64,000 nt of DNA, taken from the NCBI RefSeq assembly GCF_037042905.1, contig NC_087246.1:16988001-17052000 (forward strand). Direction: 5' to 3'. Positions 28,801-36,619 of the stretch are shown here, piece after piece (positions within the stretch are counted from its first letter, which is position 1; every line of letters starts with the position of its first letter). The notes beneath the pieces were generated by a model. That model had not been told where the DNA came from. It searched no databases and saw nothing but the letters and a program-made list of their open reading frames with translations. The DNA comes from Lytechinus pictus. Taxonomy: Eukaryota. Made by a program: the position numbers and the translations under genes.

Positions 28801-30279
28801 ATGGTAGCAATCTACCTCATATTGTCTGAAAACAGTCTCCTAATTCCTGAAGCGAACTCTTTCTAGGTTGTCACAACTTTAATAAAATCAGGCTTCTTCT
28901 GAGCTACTCTAAAAAATTTGTTTCATTTTGAGGTACATGTACAGGTACATGTACAAGGTTTTAATACCCCAGTGATGATGACATGATGTCATATACACTG
29001 TAGTCTCATTTCATAAGTAGCATAGTTTTTTCTACTTTCAACAAAGTTACCGTAATCCAAACGTTTAACAGCACACACACACAGAGCATGAGAGCAATTT
29101 AGCCCTTGACCCGGGGGGGGGGGGGGGGGGGGGCATTTCATAAACATTTCTCAAACAAGTTCTCAGATTTGACAATTTTATTTGAATTTGATTGGCTGAG
29201 AAGCATTTACTGTGGTAACTGTCGGATAAAATAGGACATGTCGGACGTTCCATCCGACAAGTCCTTTCACAAAACGCTCTCCTGGGGGGCGTTTCATGAA
29301 AGGACTTGTCGGACGTTTTATCCGACAGTTACCATAGTAACAGCACCTCTCAGCCAATCAACATCAGAGAAAGATGTTAGATCTTACAACTTGTCGGATG
29401 AAAATGTTGATGAAACACTCCCCTGATGTCTAACATAACAACAGCAATAGGCCTGGGACTTTCGGGTATTTTTGTCTTCGGGTACCAGCTGTAATTTTCT
29501 GGCGGGTACCCAGGTACCCAAAAATCATGTCGCATGAAATATGACTGGTGGAATGACCCCATAATTGGCTAGACGCTAATCTAACACTATTAAACCACAA
29601 TATTTTTGTTCATTGAAAAGGTCATTTAGATCTAAATATAAAAAGTGAAGAAACTGCCGTGAAAATATTCTTTTATAGTTTAAACGAGCCGAAAAACAGT
29701 CACATTCTTGTAAAGCCGAGAAATTTCCTTTTCTTTTTATTTGATAATTTGTTCCTTCATTGGCACCGTAAGGTCTCAAACTCTCAACCGCAGACATGCT
29801 AATTGTCTTTGCTGCACAAAATTCTATGTTTCTGTCTTTTAGGTACTGATATTTGATCAAATATCAGGGATATTTGTAAGCTTAGATATTTGTTGTTATA
29901 TAAAGGGATACTCAAATAACATTTTTCAATTATGCAATTGCCTAATTTGGATGTCGCTAAGAGTAACGTCCACGTCCAGACGGAAGGGGTAACGTGTCTT
30001 ACACTACGCAATACAAATCAAATACAGGTACGTTATACTGCTAAGCAATTTTTGGGTATCGTGTATTAATTTTTCTACCCGGGTACCCGACGCTTCCGGG
30101 TGGGACCCGGGTTTTAGTCCCAGGCCTAAAAAGCAATTTACATGTAACATTGATATCAATACAAAAGGTGATTTATACGGAATTAAAGTAGGAAAAGAAG
30201 GCCCTTGTTCAAAAATAAAGTCTATCTCTTCTTCTCATGATACTTACAGCTCTTCTCTCTGTCTTTGTGAGAGCACCAT
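4511..30279 (-). CDS. PAFAH1B1: LIS1 / platelet-activating factor acetylhydrolase IB regulatory subunit (LisH, coiled coil, 7 WD40); complete spliced CDS, 1224 nt, 407 aa
   Basis: Join of 30248-30279, 24625-24703, 18225-18506, 17119-17215, 13755-13929, 10573-10669, 9843-9974, 6133-6231, 5276-5432 and 4511-4584. All introns are GT-AG with matching phases. The protein runs from [19 protein letters not shown] through [16 protein letters not shown] to [13 protein letters not shown], typical LIS1. Confidence 0.97.
5276..5432 (-). CDS. PAFAH1B1: LIS1 coding exon 9
   Basis: [52 protein letters not shown]; tttag| and |GTAAAG. Confidence 0.96.
6133..6231 (-). CDS. PAFAH1B1: LIS1 coding exon 8
   Basis: [33 protein letters not shown]; ttgcag| and |GTACGT. 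Confidence 0.95.
7824..8043. mobile_element. Non-autonomous DNA transposon with 6-bp TSD
   Basis: TIR CAGAGCTGCCAAC / GTTGGCAGCTTTG; exact TTAGCC duplication on both sides. Confidence 0.75.
8570..8593 (-). CDS. PAFAH1B1: Candidate 24-nt in-frame LIS1 microexon (LNNYDGLE)
   Basis: ttgttctttcctctttatctggtgatgacag|CTG AAC AAC TAT GAT GGT CTT GAG|gtagat; phase 0-0 inside a phase-0 intron, no stop codon. Confidence 0.4.
9400..9950. repeat. About 167-bp tandem repeat (3-4 copies, progressively degenerate) made of the LIS1 exon 7 3' end plus its donor
   Basis: atgtgtcaagagtcatacacacctctactcctttaagttcatt at 9654 and 9821; weaker copies near 9492 and 9400. Confidence 0.9.
9843..9974 (-). CDS. PAFAH1B1: LIS1 coding exon 7
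   Basis: [44 protein letters not shown]; ttgcag| and |GTGTGT. Confidence 0.93.
10573..10669 (-). CDS. PAFAH1B1: LIS1 coding exon 6
   Basis: [32 protein letters not shown]; ttctag| and |GTAAAG. Confidence 0.96.
10840..11060. mobile_element. piggyBac-like MITE
   Basis: CCCTAATAAGACTGGGGG / CCCCCAGTCTTTTTAGGG termini with TAAA/TTAA flanks. Confidence 0.6.
13212..13422. repeat. Degenerate (CAT)n trinucleotide repeat
   Basis: catcatcatgatcatcat...catcatcaccaccattcatca. Confidence 0.8.
13755..13929 (-). CDS. PAFAH1B1: LIS1 coding exon 5
   Basis: [14 protein letters not shown]...[13 protein letters not shown]; ctag| and |GTAAGT. Confidence 0.96.
14109..14864. mobile_element. Tc1/mariner (pogo/Tigger-like) non-autonomous element
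   Basis: Perfect 22-bp TIR CAGTCCGACCTCTCTTATCCGG, TA on both sides, repeated TTATCCGG subterminal motifs. Confidence 0.88.
15228..15679. mobile_element. Diverged Kolobok-like non-autonomous element (related remnant about 26384-26817)
   Basis: ggggaagttcaccctgac / gtcagggtaaatttcccct termini after ttaa; interior resembles the 19102 family. Confidence 0.55.
16538..16698. mobile_element. Tc1/mariner-type MITE
   Basis: TIR CAGGTAACTCTGCC / GGCAGAGTTACCTG with TA flanks. Confidence 0.75.
17119..17215 (-). CDS. PAFAH1B1: LIS1 coding exon 4
   Basis: [32 protein letters not shown]; tacag| and |GTAAGT. Confidence 0.96.
18225..18506 (-). CDS. PAFAH1B1: LIS1 coding exon 3 (coiled coil and WD1)
   Basis: [26 protein letters not shown]...SSEDATIK; cacag| and |GTAAGC. 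Confidence 0.96.
19102..19919. mobile_element. Kolobok-like non-autonomous element with a nested palindromic MITE (about 19552-19749)
   Basis: TTAA flanks; long imperfect TIR with core GG(A/T)CAAGTCCACCCC; nested gcacagaaacgt / acgtttctgtgc inverted ends. Confidence 0.8.
19967..20105. mobile_element. Harbinger-like MITE
   Basis: ggccccgttgcataa / ttatgcaatggggcc termini; internal accatggaaac and gccaatca. Confidence 0.65.
22259..23196. mobile_element. Older Helentron/HINE-like element (same family as 24740-25887), interrupted by a nested TIR element
   Basis: Same 5' end (aacaagtgga..cctctggc.gtctc) and 3' end (gccgtcggaaaag...ctgctatgcaggcgag) as the younger copy. Confidence 0.75.
22472..22862. 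mobile_element. Nested non-autonomous DNA transposon, about 6-bp TSD
   Basis: Perfect TIR CAGACCTGCCAACC; flanks GATTAC / GGTTAC; removing it restores the host repeat unit. Confidence 0.8.
23279..23462. mobile_element. MITE with 6-bp TSD
   Basis: TIR CAGGGGTGTGAG / CTCACACCCCTG; TTTAAA on both sides; internal aaaagctgaaa repeats. Confidence 0.75.
24031..24569. mobile_element. Kolobok-like non-autonomous element, inverted relative to 19102-19919
   Basis: Starts aggacaagtccacccaacaaaaagttgatt, the reverse complement of the 19102 copy's right end; interior homologous. Confidence 0.8.
24625..24703 (-). CDS. PAFAH1B1: LIS1 coding exon 2 (LisH: [26 protein letters not shown])
   Basis: ccccatag| acceptor, |GTGAGT donor, phase 2 to 0. 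Confidence 0.95.
24740..25887. mobile_element. Helentron/HINE-like non-autonomous element with internal 162-bp tandem array and (GCC)n
   Basis: subTIR GTCTCACCTGCAT (24762) / ATGCAGGTGAGAC (25870) with a local partial inverted partner; 5-6 units of about 162 bp; GCC microsatellite near 25790-25838; A-rich insertion site with no clear TSD. Confidence 0.8.
26138..26379. mobile_element. MITE with 7-bp TSD
   Basis: CAAGGCTCCACA / TGTCGAGCCCTG termini; CTAAAGG duplicated. Confidence 0.78.
28133..28347. mobile_element. Harbinger-like MITE (related to 44816-45022 and the partial copy at 1-124)
   Basis: gtggcgttgcaagaa / ttcttgcaacaccc termini. Confidence 0.65.
29129..29422. mobile_element. Two Harbinger-like MITE copies in inverted orientation sharing one CTG
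   Basis: 29285-29422 has GGGGGCGTTTCAT / ATGAAACACTCCC termini and CTG TSD; 29129-29281 is its reverse-complement relative. Confidence 0.78.
29448..30128. mobile_element. hAT-like non-autonomous element
   Basis: TIR TAGGCCTGGGACT; 8-bp flanks AACAGCAA / AAAAGCAA; subterminal GGGTACCC motifs. Confidence 0.8.
30248..30279 (-). CDS. PAFAH1B1: LIS1 coding exon 1 ([11 protein letters not shown]); exon with 5'UTR probably spans 30248-30501
   Basis: ATG in GTCACC-ATG-G context; donor CT|GTAAGT; upstream acceptor ttttacccacag|G at 30501. Confidence 0.93.
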
Positions 30280-30735
30280 GGTGACTCTGTGGTCGAAGGC
30301 TGCTATAAGCAGCTCACTGTGAGAATCAAGTCCTCCTCCTACTCCTCCTCTATAAAACCATCAGAGTGATCTTGATTGGAAATCCACTCTTTATTTTCCT
30401 CTTCCTTTTGAATAAGTCTTGAGAATTTCAGTCTATTATTCCACGATAACCACTCGATAGCTTCTTCCACATACCCTACCTCCGTTCCATCTCACTTCAA
30501 CCTGTGGGTAAAAAATAAAAATAAAATATTTAGCCTAGCACTACAGGTAGAACCCCAATATATAATTTTCAATAAAATGATTACCCTATGGGTAACCTAA
30601 ACCCTCTTGTGAAACATTTTTTTCCATCCTATGAATTTGTGTGTCGTCTGCGACCCGATAAAATTTAATGCCAATATTGAGGCATACAGAACATCTTACT
30701 GCGTAAAATTCTAAATCATCGTAGGGATAACCATA

Positions 30736-31747
30736 CAGCGTGTCCCCAAAAATGTCCCTCTGATTATATACGGCTGAATTAATTAAAAATTGAAAATTAT
30801 TCAAATCAAATGTATGGTAATAGGAAACTCATCTCAAGTCCTTACTTCTACATGTATATCTCGCTTCAGCAGTTTTGAATACACAGTCTATTATGTAACA
30901 ATGGTGCTTTTCAGCCCATTCCAAGTTCGCATACATACAGCACTGCTACCACTGCTGGTTCTGCACTGCCTAGCATATCAACCCCCTTTGATCATTCAGA
31001 ATCTGATCAGGGAATTCCCTGAGCTGACCAGGAAATCTCCATGATCTAGCCAGGCTCATCAAATTACAACCTTGTGCAGGTTAAGAAGGGCGACAAGAGT
31101 ACTTGACAATTAATTGTGTTTGATAATGTATTTCATGCCTAATTCCAACAATAATGCATTCTTGATTTAATTCTTTTTTATCATTAAAACAATGAATTCA
31201 CTGTACCTTTTTGAATTAAAAAAAAAAATATTTTCACAAGTAATGTTCGCTTTCACAAGGTGTGATACACTTGTGGTTTGCTCTTCATCATAGTTCAGCT
31301 TATTGTAATTATCCGTCATTCATATCCATCCATGATTATCCAATATTCACAATTTCCTTCAAGTTGGTGCACTGATCGCCTATCAATCATAAAAACTTCT
31401 TTTTTGATGGTTATTACCCTTCTGCACATGCTCAAGTTTATGATTTGATGAGCCAGGATTGATCAGGAAAATGTCCCTGCTCAAATCCTGGATAGTATTT
31501 AAGTGGAGGTTAACATGTTAAAGACAATGCAGAAATACAGCAGTGTTGCAAACTTGGAATGGCCTGAAATGCACTACTGTTGTGTAACAGTGTATGTATT
31601 CAAAACCGCTGAAGCGAGACCAATGACATTTTCAAGAAGTTAGATTATGAAATAAGCTTTCTACTCATGTACCTTTGATTAAAAATACTACATTTTGGAA
31701 TTACTTCAGCCCTATGTCAGAGGGACATTTTTTGGGGGGACGTGCTG
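30736..31747. mobile_element. Tc1/mariner-like foldback element with about 350-bp imperfect inverted arms
   Basis: TA-CAGCGTGTCCCC / GGGGACGTGCTG-TA termini; internal inverted matches such as ctcgcttcagc / gctgaagcgag and ccattccaagtt / aacttggaatgg. Confidence 0.75.
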
Positions 31748-31849
31748 TACTTAAATCTGTGATCATGCTACAAGGGACAGTGATTTTTTGAAAATTGCCT
31801 TTTGAAACGGAAAGTGGCTTTTCAAATTGAAAATCACAGAAAACATATC

Positions 31850-32700
31850 TTTACTCAAAATGCATAGAACAGCAACAGAAATTACTCCAAAATCTCAACA
31901 AAATACAAATACTAACTGGCCACAAAACACGATCTCACTTCGCTACAATCATGACAATCCACACATCGTGACTGCACTTGACTCCATCACTTGATCATAC
32001 ATCAAAAATACATTGTACAAGCGGGTCAAACGCAAGCCCAAGCTGAAATAAGCGACCAAACATTGTTTGATTATAACCAACGTACGTAGTAGGCAGCAAC
32101 ACACGTTCGTGTTGCTACCCTCTAGTTCGGTGATGTAACAGCACGAACGTGGTACTCCTCAAATACAAAATGGCAGATAGGCAATAGTCGTCGACTGCTC
32201 AAAACGATGTCCAAAAATCCCCACATTATCAATAAAATTTCATTCAACCCTTAAATAATGCTAATAATGTGAAAGGTTAGGATGTATTCATATTAAATGT
32301 GTTTCTTAAAATTGTTTTGTGTTTGTATAGATCAGATTAGAGTGGATTCCAAAGCGTTGTTAGTGGCGGATACAAATTCTGACCAGCCCGAGTACTGTGA
32401 CATTGCTACTCCAACGGAATTTCCATTTTTCAAACATGCTGAAACGGATTTTAAGATTTTCTGAAAAGGAAAAGGCAATTTTTTTACACAGAAATCACTT
32501 TCCCTAGATGCTACTTATTATTTATAATCACGTATTAAATTTTAGTATTTGTGAAATAATAATTTTTATCTATAAATTGTTCTTCAAGACGGCATCGCTA
32601 GTCGGAAGTACGTCATCACGAAGCGGTTCAAGGGTCAAGTCTATTGTCTTTGCTTTGTTGACAAACGGATCGAGGGATCCACGGGAGATCGGGTCTGGTA
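31850..32700. promoter_or_regulatory. Probable bidirectional LIS1/METTL16 promoter with METTL16 non-coding exon 1 (donor after 32697)
   Basis: CpG-richer segment between divergent genes; CGGAAGT (ETS-type) at 32603 next to ACGTCA (CRE half-site); CAAAATGGC (YY1-type) near 32166; plus-strand donor CTG|GTAAGA at 32697/32698. The LIS1 first exon was not located. Confidence 0.45.
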
Positions 32701-32999
32701 AGAAACATCTCATTTTTACCATTTATAGTGAAATAATTTTTATCCCTTTATACGCATTAGGCGCCTGAAGGTTCATAAATAAAATTGGACAATACAAACC
32801 GATTTCACCCTCTAACTATGGATTTCCTTGGGAAATCCATCTTTGTGTACATGTGTCTCTTATATGGATGGGGATTCAAGACTCCATGATGAATATGTCA
32901 AAATATTTAAAAAAAACATCATCATGGAGTCCTCAAGACTAGACTAGATCTAGCTAGCAGGCCTGGCCCATTTAGTCATTGGACCTTAACCCTTCTGTA

Positions 33000-33798
33000 C
33001 TGTAAACGCTCTTATTTTCGCGAATTAATTTTTCACGCTTGGCGGCTTCAAAAAATATTCGCAAGTTCTTGAATTTGCGCTGCACTCTCCATAATCCAAA
33101 GTCACTTCCTTCTTCCCCATCTGTAAATGGTTTTAATTAACATTTCAGCGACGAAATTGTATATTCTGATCATAATTCTAGCTCTAAAGCGGCGTAATTC
33201 AGCATTGTTTTGATCCAATCATGAGCTTTTGTGACATTTAGCGCAACATTTCTTTGCAGGGTGGACTCGGGGAAGGCAAAACGGAGGCACTGCTGGCCTG
33301 GTATGGACGGCCGAGCACCTATAATATAAAGGACCAGGGGGATTACGGCTATTCAAAGTGCATGGGTTCAATCAACAAACCTGGGTGATCGACCCAACGT
33401 CTTCTTAAAAACTAAACAGATCTTAACACTCACCAATCTCGCACAGCAAAAGCAATTTATATTTCAACCAAATTCCAAAATCATAATTTAAATACTGATC
33501 TGCGACTATTGAAAAAATTATCTCAATGCTTTGGAACAAATTCTCGCAATGGCGTGCATGTCTTTTTATTTGTGATCGATTTTGGAGCTCAAGCTTACTT
33601 GCTTAAATGTCGCCCTCTATACAAGATCTAACAAGTTATAGGGCCTAGGTCAAAATCAAATTGTGCAATCTCTTTGCCAAAACGATACACACAATTGAAC
33701 CGCGGTTCAAAACTTGCATTAAAATAGATTAGATGCTCATAAATTCGTGCTCGCCGATCTTCATCTTGCCGCAAAAATTTCCACTTTTAGTTTTACAG
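33000..33798. mobile_element. Probable TA-flanked non-autonomous element (composite)
   Basis: TA-CTGTAAA / TTTACAG-TA termini with ttcgcg-like subterminal motifs; TIR is short. Confidence 0.4.
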
Positions 33799-34663
33799 TA
33801 GTTGTAAAGAACTGCAGAAGCTACCACTTCCATGACTGCACTGCTACTGGGCCTGGCTTGCAATGTTGCGCTCCCTTCTAACTCTGTCTCTGCACTCACT
33901 CACGTCACTCTCACTCAACTCAGCTCATGCACTGCACTGCATGCATTGGCCAGAATATGCACAACAAATGTCAACGCCTACGGAATGGGAATGCACATTT
34001 GCCCAGCACTAACGTTACACCTTCTCCTTCACACATATCCTAGCACACAACCAAATTGCGAACTATTTAGATGTAGAATCGAATTCTATAGATTTCCAAT
34101 GAAAATAGAACGCTCACCGAAAAATAAAGAACTTAACAACCAAACATCAAGTATATAAACCGGTATTCGTCCGTTGGTTCGAAGTATTTTTCTCGCAACG
34201 CATATTGTTGCTGTATTTCCGACTCACATATATTTGCTACACGTTGAAAAATTACCCAGAATCCCTTTCGATACTTGTCTGCAATATCATGCGCAGAAAA
34301 CTTGTGCGCAGTTTCTAAGTCTCTTCGTCGTCTGCAGCAGCAACTACTCGGAAATCAACAGTAATTTGGGCTGTTTCTTATTGCATTTTTATTGATCTAT
34401 AGAATGATATTGTATTAATACCATTATTTTTCAGTATTACTTAAGCTGTCTCATTATTCAAAGCACTATCAGGTATCGTCTAAACGTGTATATTACCGAT
34501 AATTTGCGTGTTCTTGTATTTTGAAGTGACCGGTTATTACTGCTAAATTTGAGGACGTTTATTTACCTTGGACATGAATGCCGATTTTTAGCCAGCCACG
34601 GGCACGGCGGCGCGGCCGCGGTATTGATAAGATATGCATGTGCACCCGCTATGGCCTTAGACC

Positions 34664-34775
34664 AAAAGCTTCGGTCTCTGTTATGTTGGTTGTTCAGCTG
34701 AACTCCGTTGGCTTCACTAAAAAGCTTCGGTCTCTGTTATGTTGGTTGTTCAGCTGAACTCCGTTGGCTTCACTA
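34664..34775. repeat. Perfect 56-bp tandem duplication
   Basis: aaaagcttcggtctctgttatgttggttgttcagctgaactccgttggcttcacta, two copies. Confidence 0.92.
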
Positions 34776-35325
34776 CCCAGGGGGGCCACTTCCATTCACG
34801 AGTGGATACCATGCGCGACCATGGGGTCTCAAAAAGCACCCTAAACACGTAATTTCCATAATCTGAAAATGCACCCCTTAACAAGTATTGGCGTGTGAAA
34901 CCCTACCCTTAACAAGTATTGGAAACAAAACGAGATCATGGCAAATATTCCCTGAAATGAACCCCTAAACAAGTACAGGAATGTTTTATTGTTACGGGTC
35001 CTTCGGTCGTCAGCTTTACCTCATTTGGTTTAGTACGACCCCACCTTCTACACCTCGCGCAAATCGGACTCTAAACACGAAGTGTTGGGGCCAAAAGGAC
35101 ATCCTTTATAAAACATTTTAATTTTGTTTTATCATCCCCGCAAATTCGACCCTAAACACGTAATTGTCCTAGCGAAATAGATACCCTTTTTTCATTATTA
35201 TTGCGTTTTTGACACCCTTATCACGTTACGTACGTAACGTGCCCTATCGTGAAAAAGACATCCTTTTTACGTGTTTTTTTGGTCGCGCATGGTATCCACT
35301 CGTCAATGTAAGTGGCCCCCCCGGG
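34776..35325. mobile_element. Young non-autonomous DNA transposon, about 46-bp TIR, 8-bp TSD
   Basis: TIR CCC(A/G)GGGGGGCCACTT.CATT.ACGAGTGGATACCATGCGCGACCA; exact CTTCACTA on both sides; internal accc(c)taaaca repeats. Confidence 0.9.
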
Positions 35326-36294
35326 CTTCACTAACCAAATACAGAGACCGAAGTTCTAGCGCGATCTGTACAGGGGACTCAATGGCCATATGTTTATGTA
35401 CTTAAGATCGGATAAAACGGGGAAGTGAATTTGCGCGACAGCCGAGGTAAGTCACTGTTTTTGTTCCTTTTAACTTGATTTTTCTCAGTTTTTTGGCAAT
35501 TGATGCCAAGAGGGAATATTAATTTGCATTTTGGTCGCGTGAATTTTCAAAATTTTTACTCATTAAAGACAAAAATTGAAGAGCCCCGACGGGGGGATTT
35601 TGCATTGCAAGTCCCCTAATGGTGGCTGCACGCTAGCGAGCCGTCTGTGTATGAGGAGAAAAAAAAAAAAAAAAAAATGTTAAAAAACTCCTCGAAACAG
35701 ACGGCTGCCAGCTGTCTACTATGGCCTATGCCTAGTATTATGCACTGAAATGATACATGCAATGCATAGCCATAGATCTGACTAGTAACTAGGCCTTTAT
35801 CATGTGAAGCATGCCTAAAAATTAACTGTGTGTGTGGGCTGGATTTATAAAAATAGCTTTATCGCCAAAATGGTGACATTATTAGCCTAACTAACTTAAA
35901 TCAACAATAGATGCTTGGAATGGGCTGAAAATTTCAGAATAAATGTTTGTAGTCTATTCCAAACTATAAATTTGTAAGATAAGTGATGTTATTTTTAAAC
36001 AAACAAAAATTTTCACAAAGAATCAGCCACTTTTTTTAGAAAAAAAAGTGTCGGTTAAATTCAAAACACTTTTTTAAAGATTAAAAAAAATGTTGGATAA
36101 TACTGGATTATAATTCAAGATATTTAGGTCTACCCCACCAAACTAAAAGCGTAACACAGTTTTTTTTTCAAAATGCATTTTAAAGCATGTTTTTTTTATT
36201 ATTACAGTACCAACTCAACTCTGATACCTGTTATCGTGTGTTTCCTTTATTTATTTTTTTTAGATCTAGATCTAGACATCTAACGTTAGGCATA

Positions 36295-36619
36295 ATGGCC
36301 TTCAACAAATTCATGCACCCTCGCAACCGCTATAGGGACAACAAACCAAACTTTGATGAATTAGCAAAGAAATATCCAGAGTTTGCACGTCATGTGATCA
36401 GGAACCAAACAGGCAAGGCGACCCTTGACTTCCATGATTCTGAGTCGCTGAGGTCACTAACCTGCACGCTCCTGAAGGAAGACTTTGGACTAGAGGTTGA
36501 GCTACCTCTTGATCGTCTCATCCCGACCCTGTCACTACGGCTCAACTACATTCACTGGATAGAGGATCTCTTAGCATCGACTGGCCACAGCAAAGGGACG
36601 GTGTGGGGCATTGACATTG
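36295..36619 (+). CDS. METTL16: METTL16 coding exon 1
   Basis: MAFNKFMHPRNRY...RLIPTLSLRLNYIHWIEDLL...WGIDI; donor G|GTGAGA. Confidence 0.96.

Noticed and set aside
36187-36294. N-terminal extension of the METTL16 ORF in the ORF track
   Set aside because: Reads through the intron pyrimidine tract and acceptor (AGs at 36263, 36269, 36275); homology starts at ATG 36295
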